Positions 10,086 to 19,259 of a stretch of 64,000 nt of DNA are shown here, piece after piece (within the stretch, counting starts at the first letter, position 1; every line of letters starts with the position of its first letter). The position numbers and the translations under genes were made by a program. Where the stretch lies: NCBI GenBank assembly GCA_944392205.1, contig CALXVV010000039.1:2368-66367 (forward strand), written 5' to 3'. A model generated the notes under the pieces. It was not told the DNA's origin and made no database searches. It worked only from the letters and a program-made list of their open reading frames with translations. Source of the DNA: an uncultured Alphaproteobacteria bacterium. Lineage in GTDB: Bacteria > Pseudomonadota > Alphaproteobacteria > RF32 > CAG-239.

Positions 10086-10647
10086 TAAAGTTGTTGTATG
10101 CGTCTACCGCTCTTTGGATAGCGTCTATGACCGCGCGAGATGTTATTGTGGCAGCTGTTATGCCATCTATTTCGCCGCCGTCTTGCTTGACCTTAAATTT
10201 GTGGCGATTGGGATTAAAACCGTCAAACTGATTTTTGAATTTTGGTTCGTCTGCTTTGGAGCCAAGACCTGGTGTTTCTCCGTGCTTTAAGAGTTTGAAG
10301 CTTTTTACGGCGCCGTCTATGTAGAAGCCGACAATCAGGTCTATGCGACCACCAAAGCCGTTGTTTGAATAGGTTTTGATGGCAAACGAGTTGATGTTGC
10401 CCTCTTTCCGGGCCGGGTAGAACTCTAATTTATCTTTTTTATCCGGTGTTGTGATAATCATCTTCTCCGCAAAGGGATCGTTATCAAAATCCGTTACCAC
10501 CTCGGAAATGGCTTCAAGTTGTTTTTGCTCTTGAGCTTTTTTTATGGGCTCTTTGGTGAGGTTGTATACACTTGAAAGAACAAAGGCAGAAAGAACGGCG
10601 ATTGTCGTCAGGGTGATAAGCATTTTCAGAAAAGTCTTATAATTCAT
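10072..10647 (-). CDS. rnfG: Rnf complex subunit G (FMN-binding)
   Basis: 191 aa; N-terminal TM anchor; [12 protein letters not shown] flavinylation motif. Confidence 0.85.
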   Translation of the reverse strand: MNYKTFLKMLITLTTIAVLSAFVLSSVYNLTKEPIKKAQEQKQLEAISEVVTDFDNDPFAEKMIITTPDKKDKLEFYPARKEGNINSFAIKTYSNNGFGGRIDLIVGFYIDGAVKSFKLLKHGETPGLGSKADEPKFKNQFDGFNPNRHKFKVKQDGGEIDGITAATITSRAVIDAIQRAVDAYNNFNAGK

Positions 10648-10650
10648 GGC

Positions 10651-11631
10651 TTATCTCCGTTGTCCATAAACTCTGGGCTGCATATATTTATCTATCAGCG
10701 GCACAAAGGCATTCATGATTAGAATGGCAAAAGACACGCCTTCCGGATATGCACTGTATAATCTGATGATTACCGTTAAAATACCGCAACAAACGGCAAA
10801 TAAAATCTGCCCTTTCTTGCTCATGGGTGATGTGGTGTAGTCTGTGGCCATAAATATGGCACCCAACATCAAGCCGCCAGAAAGAATATGCGTGAGAGGA
10901 TCATAGCGGACATCACCGGTGATGAGCCACATTAGCCCGGTGATGGCAAAGACCGTGCCAATATAATAAAAGGGAATGTGCCAGGTGATGACTCTGCGCC
11001 AAAGCATGTAGGCTAAGCCGAGCAACAAGGCAAGAGCTGAAACCTCACCTATACAACCGCCGATATTGCCGATGAACATATCAAAATAGCTTGGCAGTTT
11101 GGCATTGATGTATGTGGCAGAGGTCTGGCCGTCTATGTGCTTTAGGATTCCCAACGTGGTGGCGCCGGTTTGGGCATCCATATCCAAAAACTTCAAAAAT
11201 TCCGGTTTGGGCCAAGATGTCATCTGCACCGGAAAAGATATGAACAAGAACACACGACCGACTAATGCCGGATTAAAAATATTTTTGCCCAGTCCGCCAT
11301 AGCAAAGCTTGCCAACAACGACAGCCATAAAAGCGCCGACCAAAACCATCCATAGAGGAATTGAACTCGGCAGATTATAGGCCAGCAATAAGCCGGTGAC
11401 AATGGCTGAAAAATCTGTTACCGTGTTCTCTTTGTGAAAGCAATAACGATTAAATAAGTACTCAAACCCGGCGCAGGCGGCAACCGATGTCAGAATAACC
11501 AAAAGAGCATTGATGCCGAAAAATAAAACACCGACTAATGCCGCCGGCAACAACGCGATGACAACATCCCTCATCAGGGATTTGGTGTCTTGATTGGTTT
11601 GCATATGGGGTGCAGTTGATATTTTTAACAT
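10651..11631 (-). CDS. rnfD: Rnf complex subunit D
   Basis: 326 aa polytopic; NqrB/RnfD-like, MATDYTTSP region. Confidence 0.9.
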   Translation of the reverse strand: MLKISTAPHMQTNQDTKSLMRDVVIALLPAALVGVLFFGINALLVILTSVAACAGFEYLFNRYCFHKENTVTDFSAIVTGLLLAYNLPSSIPLWMVLVGAFMAVVVGKLCYGGLGKNIFNPALVGRVFLFISFPVQMTSWPKPEFLKFLDMDAQTGATTLGILKHIDGQTSATYINAKLPSYFDMFIGNIGGCIGEVSALALLLGLAYMLWRRVITWHIPFYYIGTVFAITGLMWLITGDVRYDPLTHILSGGLMLGAIFMATDYTTSPMSKKGQILFAVCCGILTVIIRLYSAYPEGVSFAILIMNAFVPLIDKYMQPRVYGQRR

Positions 11632-11633
11632 GG

Positions 11634-12956
11634 TTATTTCTTCTTTTTCAGTTCTATTTTGGCTAATTTACAATAATCCAGAAGCGGTATCCGTGAGGGG
11701 CAGACATAGGAACAACAACCGCATTCAATACAATCTAAAACGCGTGTGTTCTTCACCTCATCTATCTGGCCAGCTCTCATTAGACGGCCGATTAAAAATG
11801 GCTGCAAGCCCATTGGGCAGCCTTCGGCACACTTGCCGCAGCGGATACAATCTTCCTCATGATGTTTGGCAGATATCTTGTCTGAAAGGAGTAAGAGCCC
11901 CGATGTGATTTTGGTGATGGGGGCATTAATATTGAAGGCAGATGTTCCCATCATGGGACCGCCAAATACGACTTGTGCCGTTTGCGGCGTAATTCCTCCT
12001 GCTTTTTCCAGCAGGTATGATGCCGGGGTACCTATTCGCACCAAATAATTGGCCGGGTGCAAGCAAGCATCGCCGCTTACGGTCACAACTCTTTCAAACA
12101 AAGGCTTGTTTTTCATGACCGCTTCATAAATAGCAAAAACCGTACCTACGTTTTGGACCAAGCAACCTGCATCCGCCGGAAGTTTACCGGAGGGAACCTC
12201 GCGGCCGGTGATGGCCGTGATTAATTGCTTTTCGCCTCCTTGCGGGTATTTGGTGGCACAGACCTGAACATTTACGCCAACATAAGTTTTGGTTATCTTG
12301 CTCAGGACTTCGATTGCTTTGGGCTTATTCTCATCTATGGCAATGATGGCGTTTTGAATGCCTAAAATCTTGTTTAATATCTTGGCGCCAATGATAATTT
12401 GCTCGCCTTTTTCTACCATTAGGCGGTCATCAGCGGTTAAAAACGGTTCGCATTCTATACCGTTTAAGATGAGTGTGTCTACCTTTTTGCCTTCCGGAAT
12501 AGAGGTTTTCACCGGGGTGGGATATCCTGCCCCGCCCATACCGACAATACCGGCTTCTCTTATTTTGGCAATAATTTCTTCGGCCGTGTACGGAATCTCT
12601 CTATCAATATCCAAACTTCTGTCAATACTTGGTTCAAACCCGTCGCCTTCAACCTTGATGGTTATCATATCCTCAACATAGCCAAATTCGCCTTCGATGG
12701 CCTCTACTTTTAGGACCTCGCCGGAAACTGAAGAATGGACATCGGCCGAGACAATACCGTCTGCGTCTGCCAAAAGGGTTCCCACCTTTACCTTATCTCC
12801 CGGTTTGACCAGTATTTTGGCCGGGGCGCCGATATGCTGTTTGACCGGAATATAAACCGTTTCCGGCAGACCGGCAAAAATAATCGGCGAATCTGTGGTA
12901 ATCTTATATTTATTCGGATGAATGCCGCCGAGAGGAAACGTTTTTATCTTAGTCAT
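11634..12956 (-). CDS. rnfC: Rnf complex subunit C (short form)
   Basis: Start moved to MTKIKTFPLGGIHP (ATG 12956, 8-nt overlap with rnfB). Two ferredoxin motifs CIRCGKCAEGCP and CIECGCCSYVCP; GMGGAGYPT. Confidence 0.9.
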   Translation of the reverse strand: MTKIKTFPLGGIHPNKYKITTDSPIIFAGLPETVYIPVKQHIGAPAKILVKPGDKVKVGTLLADADGIVSADVHSSVSGEVLKVEAIEGEFGYVEDMITIKVEGDGFEPSIDRSLDIDREIPYTAEEIIAKIREAGIVGMGGAGYPTPVKTSIPEGKKVDTLILNGIECEPFLTADDRLMVEKGEQIIIGAKILNKILGIQNAIIAIDENKPKAIEVLSKITKTYVGVNVQVCATKYPQGGEKQLITAITGREVPSGKLPADAGCLVQNVGTVFAIYEAVMKNKPLFERVVTVSGDACLHPANYLVRIGTPASYLLEKAGGITPQTAQVVFGGPMMGTSAFNINAPITKITSGLLLLSDKISAKHHEEDCIRCGKCAEGCPMGLQPFLIGRLMRAGQIDEVKNTRVLDCIECGCCSYVCPSRIPLLDYCKLAKIELKKKK

Positions 12957-13797
12957 TATTCTTCTCCTCTTTGGTATAAATGATGGCGCCGGTTGGGCAG
13001 GCCTCGCGCAGAGCTTGTCCAAATTCCTCGGCCGAAACTGTATCCGGAATATAGGACAAATTGTTCTCTACCTTTACTTCTGCATTAACTTTGGTGCATT
13101 TTTGGCACGCAATGCAGGCGGCTTTGCAGTTTTTGCGAGCAATGGCGCCTTTTTGGGTGTTGCGGCAAGCAACATAGAGCATTTCTCCGTTTTCGGTCTT
13201 GGGTCTGATTTCAAACAGTCCCCGCGGGCACATCCTTACACAAGCGCCGCAAGATGTGCACTTGTTATGATCTATAATCGGAATGCCGGTCTCTTTATTC
13301 ATGCTTAGGGCGCCGAATTTGCAGACCTTGATGCAATCACCCAAACGCAGGCAGCCTGTCGGACAGCCGGTTTGGCCGCTTGAGATGCGGGCAGCTATGC
13401 GGCAGCTGGTTATATGATCGTAGCTGACTTTTAAGGGCGCGTTTTGGCAAGTGCCGTTGCAACGCAAAACCGCAGCGGTTGGTTTCTTTTCAACCTTGGC
13501 AAAACCACGCAGGGCGGCAATTTGATCCATCACTTGTTGGCCACCGACCGGGCAATACAAGCCGGCAAAGCCTTTCTCATCTACAAAGGCGCAGGCTTGG
13601 GCAAAATCGTGGCAGCCGGCCTTGCCGCAGCCGCCGCAATTGGCCTGGGGCAACAGCGCGTCTATTTCCACAATCTTGACATCTTCGGCGATTGCAAATT
13701 TGCGCGAAACCAAATACAAAACAATGGCAGAAACTATCGCTATTCCGCCTAAAACCAGAACACTTAACAGAACCGTATCGTCCATTTTATAATCCAA
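12949..13797 (-). CDS. rnfB: Rnf complex subunit B (long, multi-[4Fe-4S] form)
   Basis: 282 aa; N-terminal TM; CGGCGKAGC plus several CxxCxxCxxxCP ferredoxin motifs. Confidence 0.85.
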   Translation of the reverse strand: MDYKMDDTVLLSVLVLGGIAIVSAIVLYLVSRKFAIAEDVKIVEIDALLPQANCGGCGKAGCHDFAQACAFVDEKGFAGLYCPVGGQQVMDQIAALRGFAKVEKKPTAAVLRCNGTCQNAPLKVSYDHITSCRIAARISSGQTGCPTGCLRLGDCIKVCKFGALSMNKETGIPIIDHNKCTSCGACVRMCPRGLFEIRPKTENGEMLYVACRNTQKGAIARKNCKAACIACQKCTKVNAEVKVENNLSYIPDTVSAEEFGQALREACPTGAIIYTKEEKNND

Positions 13798-14214
13798 TTA
13801 TTCTTTTTTTGAGATGCTAAACCGAAACCTGCCGGCTATTTTTTTCTTGTTTAAGAATAGCCAGAAATAATAAGGAATCAAGATAATTATTGCAGATATG
13901 CCACCGTTTATTTCACTTTTGCTCACCAGATAAACGCTTGTTAGCGCTGCGAGCATAAGGATAAGCGGTAATCCATAGCTAAGAAAAACAGCCAAGAACC
14001 CAGAGGTCGCATCCAGTTTGACGGTGACAATTTCTCCCGGCGTGAACTGCCGATTAGCATCATCGCTGATTTCTATGACTTTGGCTTGACTATTTATAAG
14101 CCCGCAGCTATCTTTGGCCACACATTGGCTGCAAGCCGACTGTCTGGATATCTTGACGCCGACGATATTGCCTTTTTGAAAAACGACTTCTCCTTCGTGC
14201 TTAATCGTTTCCAT
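13798..14214 (-). CDS. rseC: RseC/MucC-family (SoxR-reducing system) membrane protein
   Basis: 138 aa; N-terminal Cys motif ACSQCVAKDSCG then two TM helices; sits directly upstream of rnfB. Confidence 0.7.
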   Translation of the reverse strand: METIKHEGEVVFQKGNIVGVKISRQSACSQCVAKDSCGLINSQAKVIEISDDANRQFTPGEIVTVKLDATSGFLAVFLSYGLPLILMLAALTSVYLVSKSEINGGISAIIILIPYYFWLFLNKKKIAGRFRFSISKKE

Positions 14215-15232
14215 GTTCTAATCCTATCAGTTGTTGGGCCTGCTTGGAGCTTTCCATGTCAAAACCTCCTTTGGGGTTGTGCGTAAACAAAATTATCGGT
14301 AGTTTTATTTTGTTTGCCAGCTCCAGGCCTTTTTGCTTTCCCATGGCCATAATTGCCGTGGCATAGGCATCTGCCTCCATGCAAGTGGGGGCAAAAACCG
14401 TGACTGAGGCTAAATCGTTTTTTACCGGTTGTCCGGTTTGCGGCGAGATTGTATGCGAGAATACTTTTCCGTCTTCTTCTATAAAATTTCGATAATCTCC
14501 TGAGGTGGCAACCGCGTAGTCTGAAATCTCCATGACCAGGGCATTGCCTTTATAGTGTTTTAGAGGAACACCAATGCCGATATTCCAAAGGCCGCCCTCC
14601 TCGTCTCTCTTGCCTGATAAGCGCAGCTCTCCGCCAATTTCTACAATATAGTCCCTAAAGCCCAAATTATCCAGGCTTTCTGCAACCTTATCTACCGCGT
14701 AGCCTTTGGCTATGGCAGATAAATTTAGCGAAGTTCTGCCGTCTTTTTTAATAACGTTTTTATAGTCTTTTGAAAATTTGAGCTTTTTGAAATCGCTATA
14801 GGCTTTAACGGCGGATAATTCTTGTTTGCTCGGGGCTCTAAATTCATGCCCTGGGCCAAATCCCCACAAGTCAATCAGCGGAGCAATGGCGGGGTCAAAA
14901 GCACCATTGCTTTCTTTATTTATTCTTTTAGCTGTTTTTAGAACTTTTGATAAATCATCAGAAAGTGCAAAATCTTCTCCTGCCCTAGCTCTGTTTAGTC
15001 TGCTTATTTCCGAATCCTCTCTAAAAACAGACATTTTGGCATCAACATCTTGCAGTATCTTTGCAACTTGCTCCGGCAGGCTTTTGTCTGCAACGGAAGT
15101 GCGAATCTTTATCTTGTAATAGGTATTAAAAGCTTTGCCGCCGAATTCCTGGTAGTCTGAAAAGGTGCTGCGCAGAAATACGGCCAGTGCCACCAACAGA
15201 AAGATTATTGAAATATATTTTAAAATACGCAT
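14201..15232 (-). CDS. apbE: FAD:protein FMN transferase ApbE
   Basis: 343 aa; signal anchor; FDPAIAPLIDLWGFG, SAIAKGYAVDKV, VATSGDYRNF, HTISPQTGQP motifs. Confidence 0.85.
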   Translation of the reverse strand: MRILKYISIIFLLVALAVFLRSTFSDYQEFGGKAFNTYYKIKIRTSVADKSLPEQVAKILQDVDAKMSVFREDSEISRLNRARAGEDFALSDDLSKVLKTAKRINKESNGAFDPAIAPLIDLWGFGPGHEFRAPSKQELSAVKAYSDFKKLKFSKDYKNVIKKDGRTSLNLSAIAKGYAVDKVAESLDNLGFRDYIVEIGGELRLSGKRDEEGGLWNIGIGVPLKHYKGNALVMEISDYAVATSGDYRNFIEEDGKVFSHTISPQTGQPVKNDLASVTVFAPTCMEADAYATAIMAMGKQKGLELANKIKLPIILFTHNPKGGFDMESSKQAQQLIGLEHGND

Positions 15233-15321
15233 ATTCTTCTTTATAAGTTGAAGTTAGTTCTTACATCTGATGAAAAATACGTTATGATACGTATAAAGTC
15301 AATCATAAGAGGGATTATAAT

Positions 15322-15999
15322 ATGCAAAACAAATTCGAATCAATCGTTAATCGTCTTCGCTCACAATATAATAAAACACATCTCTGTTCAGGTGTGGCTT
15401 GCTTTAGATCTTTTGTGGCTGACAGCGGCAGAAAACTGGCCAAAGCCGGGGTATCTGCCAATGTTATCAGCATTGCCGGTTTTATCATAGGTATGTTTGC
15501 CGTTAATTTCTTGGCTCTCAACATGTATTTCTGGGCGCTTGTATGCATTCTTCTCAACCGTTGGTGCGATGCTTTGGACGGCGCTGTTGCAAAAATCAAC
15601 GGCAAAACAGAATTTGGCGTGTTTCTGGATGCTTGTCTTGATTATATCTTCTATGCCGCGGTTATTTTCGGTTTTGCTTTGGCGCAGCCGCAAAATGCAA
15701 CCTCGGCCGCTTTTTTGTTGTTTGGTTTTACGGCCTCGGCGGCGGCTATGCTTGCTTATGCCGTTGTAGCCTACGGGAAAGGCAAAGACTCCGATGAGAT
15801 GTTGCAAGAATCTCCCTTCTATTTGGGCGGTTTGGCTCAGGGTGCCGAAACACTGGCCGCTTTGGTTATCTTATGTCTGGTGCCGGTCTGGTTTGTACCG
15901 ATTGCTCTTATTTTGGGGTGTTGGTGCATTGTTAAATCTTTGGTTGTTATCTCTACGGCTTATTATGCCTTTGTTATTGCTAAAAAAGGTTCCAGGTAA
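15322..15999 (+). CDS. CDP-alcohol phosphatidyltransferase family protein
   Basis: 225 aa polytopic; CDALDGAVAKINGKTEFGVFLDACLDYIFY matches D-G-x2-A-R-x8-G-x3-D-x3-D spacing; SD AGAGGGA. Confidence 0.75.
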   Translation: MQNKFESIVNRLRSQYNKTHLCSGVACFRSFVADSGRKLAKAGVSANVISIAGFIIGMFAVNFLALNMYFWALVCILLNRWCDALDGAVAKINGKTEFGVFLDACLDYIFYAAVIFGFALAQPQNATSAAFLLFGFTASAAAMLAYAVVAYGKGKDSDEMLQESPFYLGGLAQGAETLAALVILCLVPVWFVPIALILGCWCIVKSLVVISTAYYAFVIAKKGSR

Positions 16000-17594
16000 T
16001 GCCAAAATTTAAGCTTGCGGCACTGTTATTTATCTTTTCTGTTCTTTTTGCTATCCCAAATTCTTTTGCCTTGGTGCAAGAGCAGCTTACAGACAAAGTA
16101 AAAGTCAGTCTTCATACCCAATATGATGCTGTTAATCCAAACCAAAATCTTGGCGTTTTGCTCAAGTTCAAAATGACGCCGGGGTGGCATATCTTTAGCC
16201 AAAATCCCGGCGAAGTCGGTATGCCGACCAAGGTGGAGTGGAAGTTGCCTTTTGGTTACGAGGTCAGCGAGCTTGGTTGGAGCCGTGATGAGGAGTTCAA
16301 AAGTGATGACATCATCCAAAGAGGTTTTGGTGACACGGCCTATTATCAGGCGATTATTCACCCGGATACAACAACTTTGGAACGCGCAGAATTGGAAGTA
16401 AAAATCAAATGGCTTGCCTGCCGTGACGAGTGTGTGCCCGAGCAGAGAACCTTTGTTTTGAATCTTCCGGTTTCTGCCATGGAGCAGTTGCCGACGCCTG
16501 ATTGGAATACAACACTTAAGGAAGCTGAAAGTTGGTTTTTGCCTGAAGTTGAGATCCTACCCCAGCCAAGTTTATGGCTGGTTCTCTTGATGGCTTTTGC
16601 GGGCGGAATTATCATGAATGCCATGCCTTGCATATTTCCGATTTTGGCAATTAAGGTTATTTCTCTTTCTCAGACCTCTTATAATAAAAAGAAAAATAGA
16701 ATGGAGGCCTTGTTCTATACGCTCGGCGTGGTTATTTCTTTTCTGATTGCCGCGACTATTTTGCTGTTGTTGAGGCAAAACGGTGAAAATATCGGCTGGG
16801 GATTTCAGCTCCAGTCACCTTGGTTTGTGGCTGCAATGGCTGTCTTGTTCTTGATTATCGGATTGATGCTTTTTGACCTCGTTGCCATTCCTAATCCTTT
16901 GGCTAACAAGGCGGGCAGAATGTCTTTTAGGAATCATCTGATAAACTCTTTTATGACCGGCTTTTTGGCTGTGTTGATTGCCAGCCCCTGCACTGCTCCC
17001 TTTATGGGAATCGCCATTGGTTATACTTTGAGTGCTCCCGTTTATGCCTATTATCCAATCTTTTTGGCTCTTGGTTTGGGATATGCTCTGCCCTTTGCCT
17101 TGGCCGGATTGTTTCCCAAGGCTATTCATAAAATTTTGCCCAAACCCGGAAAATGGATGGATATTTTGAAAAAAATCTTTGCCATTCCTGTGTTTTTGAC
17201 CGCTTTGTGGCTTTCTTGGATACTTTATCACCAAATAAAGCCCGAACAAATTTCAGAGGTGAATTGGCGTCCCTATAATGCCGCTGAAGTATCTTCCCTG
17301 GTTGAAAACCAAAAGCCTGTGTTTATTGATTTTACTGCCAAGTGGTGCCTTACTTGTTTGATGAATAAGCGTTCAACACTGGAAACATCTGATTTTGCCT
17401 CTCTGGCCTCAGAAAAAGGAATTGTCTTGTTTAGGGCTGATTGGACCAATAATGATCAGATGATTGCCAAGGCCTTGGAAAGTTATGGGCGCAACTCTAT
17501 TCCGCTTTATGTTTACTATGATGGCAAAAGTTCCGACTATAAGATATTGCCGCAGATTTTAACGCCGGGAATCACTCAAAAATATTTGAGATAG
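15999..17594 (+). CDS. dsbD: Thiol:disulfide interchange protein DsbD/DipZ-like
   Basis: 531 aa; signal peptide, N-terminal periplasmic domain with CRDEC, CcdA-type TM core (MPCIFPIL, ASPCTAPF), C-terminal thioredoxin WCLTC. Confidence 0.85.
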   Translation: MPKFKLAALLFIFSVLFAIPNSFALVQEQLTDKVKVSLHTQYDAVNPNQNLGVLLKFKMTPGWHIFSQNPGEVGMPTKVEWKLPFGYEVSELGWSRDEEFKSDDIIQRGFGDTAYYQAIIHPDTTTLERAELEVKIKWLACRDECVPEQRTFVLNLPVSAMEQLPTPDWNTTLKEAESWFLPEVEILPQPSLWLVLLMAFAGGIIMNAMPCIFPILAIKVISLSQTSYNKKKNRMEALFYTLGVVISFLIAATILLLLRQNGENIGWGFQLQSPWFVAAMAVLFLIIGLMLFDLVAIPNPLANKAGRMSFRNHLINSFMTGFLAVLIASPCTAPFMGIAIGYTLSAPVYAYYPIFLALGLGYALPFALAGLFPKAIHKILPKPGKWMDILKKIFAIPVFLTALWLSWILYHQIKPEQISEVNWRPYNAAEVSSLVENQKPVFIDFTAKWCLTCLMNKRSTLETSDFASLASEKGIVLFRADWTNNDQMIAKALESYGRNSIPLYVYYDGKSSDYKILPQILTPGITQKYLR

Positions 17595-17629
17595 AAAAAA
17601 GCCCCGCTTTCTAAAAGACGGGGCTTTTA
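17595..17629. terminator. Bidirectional intrinsic terminator
   Basis: AAAAAA-GCCCCG (17601-17606) / CGGGGC (17619-17624)-TTT between convergent genes. Confidence 0.7.
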
Positions 17630-17644
17630 ACTTGGTAAGTATCT

Positions 17645-18415
17645 TTAGTTTCCGAAAATTCCAAAGCTTTTTACTTTGTCTTTGACGCCACCGACAACAT
17701 TATCGAGGTTCTTCTTGGCGACGTTTTTCAGGTCACTTAGGCCGCTTTTGACAACTGTTTGAGAAGCGGTTGAGAGTATTTTGTTCAATACTTTGGAAAT
17801 GGAGGCGACAATACTTTCACCCTTGTCTTGTCCACCAATGTCGGTGAGGACAATTTCTGGCAAGACAACGTCTATAGAGTTTTCTTCTCCACCGACATTA
17901 GCCGCGGCTTTCAACTCCCCGGCCTTAATCGTGAGTTTCTTAATGATGACTTTTTTGGCTGAAGCTGAGTTGTCTTTTTCTCCTTTTTCATCTTTGGCAG
18001 TTTGAGCTTTTTCTGCTGAGGCGGTGTTTTTGCTGATGTTGCTTTGGAGCTGTTTGATGTTGTTTTGACTGATAGACAACATTTCATAGGTGATAACCGG
18101 TTTATCTACGGTGATATCTTCAATGACGATTGTGTCACTCATCAGGCTTTTAACATCTAACTTAACCGAAATGCCGTTTAGAGAAAGCAAGTATGGATTT
18201 TTGTAGTTTTCGGGGTTTGCAACCGTCAAGCCTTTGATTGATGCGGTGCCGTCAAAGGGAGAGAGATTAAAGCCCTCAAGTTTGACTTCAGTGCCGGTAA
18301 CTTGTGAACCAAATTTATTAACAACACCTTTAACAATAGACTCTAAAGACATCCAAGTAATTGCCACGGCAATAACGATTATTGCCAACAGGCTTAAGAA
18401 AATACGTTTTTTCAT
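17645..18415 (-). CDS. Membrane-anchored hypothetical protein
   Basis: Start moved to MKKRIFLSLLAIIVIAVAITW (ATG 18415); the longer track ORF would run through tRNA-Lys. 256 aa, single N-terminal TM, Lys/Ser-rich middle. Confidence 0.6.
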   Translation of the reverse strand: MKKRIFLSLLAIIVIAVAITWMSLESIVKGVVNKFGSQVTGTEVKLEGFNLSPFDGTASIKGLTVANPENYKNPYLLSLNGISVKLDVKSLMSDTIVIEDITVDKPVITYEMLSISQNNIKQLQSNISKNTASAEKAQTAKDEKGEKDNSASAKKVIIKKLTIKAGELKAAANVGGEENSIDVVLPEIVLTDIGGQDKGESIVASISKVLNKILSTASQTVVKSGLSDLKNVAKKNLDNVVGGVKDKVKSFGIFGN

Positions 18416-18500
18416 ACTTATTTCTCCTTTGGTTAATACTATTTGCGAGTTTATATCATTTATATACTTTGGCAAGGTTATTTTTTTAGTAAAAAAGTTG

Positions 18501-18529
18501 TTGCAATTAAAAAAAATAGAGTCTATATT
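18501..18529 (+). promoter_or_regulatory. Sigma70-type promoter for tRNA-Lys
   Basis: TTGCAA (18501-18506), 17-nt spacer, TATATT (18524-18529), ~18 nt before tRNA 5' end. Confidence 0.5.
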
Positions 18530-18547
18530 CCCCACTGTTAAGATTAT

Positions 18548-18623
18548 GGGTGCGTAGCTCAGTTGGTAGAGCAACTGACTCTTAATCAGTGGGTCTGGGG
18601 TTCGAACCCCCACGCGCCTACCA
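18548..18623 (+). tRNA. tRNA-Lys (anticodon CUU), CCA encoded
   Basis: Cloverleaf by eye: acceptor GGGTGCG/CGCGCCT, D-arm AGCTCAGTTGGTAGAGC, anticodon loop CT-CTT-AA, T-arm TGGGG-TTCGAAC-CCCCA. Confidence 0.9.
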
Positions 18624-18625
18624 AT

Positions 18626-18658
18626 AAAAAGAGGTCTCCTTTATGGAGGCCTTTTTTA
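18626..18658 (+). terminator. Intrinsic terminator after tRNA-Lys (repeat copy 1)
   Basis: AGGTCTCC (18632-18639) / GGAGGCCT (18645-18652) + T6; the 29-nt string 18629-18657 recurs exactly at 18811-18839. Confidence 0.75.
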
Positions 18659-18660
18659 TT

Positions 18661-18810
18661 GGTTTAGGTAATGTCGGGTTTGAAGCCCAGAGGCTGGGGT
18701 TCGACTACCAGCGAAAGCGATACGGGGGTATCGCGGTGAGCGTTAGCGAATGAGTGCCGGTGTAACTCAAGCCTTTGCAAAAAGGCGCAGAGTAGCCTCC
18801 ACGCGCTTTT
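18661..18810 (+). other. tRNA-Lys 3'-half-like fragment interrupted by a structured 93-nt segment
   Basis: CTGGGGTTCGA (18694-18704) = tRNA 18595-18605; CCACGCGC (18799-18806) = tRNA 18610-18617. Between them: hairpins GCGATAC-GGGG-GTATCGC (18717-18734) and GCCTTT-GCAA-AAAGGC (18771-18786). Confidence 0.4.
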
Positions 18811-18841
18811 AAGAGGTCTCCTTTATGGAGGCCTTTTTTTC
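18811..18841 (+). terminator. Intrinsic terminator, exact second copy of the tRNA-Lys terminator
   Basis: Same hairpin at 18814-18834 + T7. U-run only on plus strand, so it ends a plus-strand transcript rather than panD. Confidence 0.65.
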
Positions 18842-19212
18842 TATGCGGCGATGATGTCTTTTTTCTCAACAACGTGGTTGTTGGCATCCATCTGGACAAT
18901 GGTGGGTTTGTGTTTATCTGCTTCTTCCTCACTCATATAAGCGTAGGCAATGATTATTACCTTATCACCTATAGCGACTTTGCGCGCGGCGGCACCGTTC
19001 AGGCAGATATCTCCCTTGCCCGCCGGCCCCGGAATAACATATGTCGATAATCTTTCGCCATTGTTGATATCAACCACATCAACTTTTTGGTTCTCACGCA
19101 GGTTGGCTTTTTTCATTAAATCTGTGTCTATCGTGATTGAGCCGACATAATTCAAATTGGCATCTGTCACCGTGGCGCGGTGAATCTTAGACAACATCAT
19201 CTCTATTTGCAT
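18841..19212 (-). CDS. panD: Aspartate 1-decarboxylase
   Basis: Start set at [29 protein letters not shown] (ATG 19212, SD GGGGGAGAG); self-processing YVGSITID site and ICLNGAAAR motif. Confidence 0.9.
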   Translation of the reverse strand: MQIEMMLSKIHRATVTDANLNYVGSITIDTDLMKKANLRENQKVDVVDINNGERLSTYVIPGPAGKGDICLNGAAARKVAIGDKVIIIAYAYMSEEEADKHKPTIVQMDANNHVVEKKDIIAA

Positions 19213-19259
19213 AGCTGCTCTCCCCCAAGATTTGACGCCTTTATTCAATCACATTTTTC

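Noticed and set aside
17645-18613. 322-aa version of the minus-strand ORF extending through tRNA-Lys
   Set aside because: The N-terminal 66 codons are the reverse complement of the tRNA-Lys gene and its promoter. A signal-anchor Met (MKKRIFLSLL) at 18415 is the sensible start.
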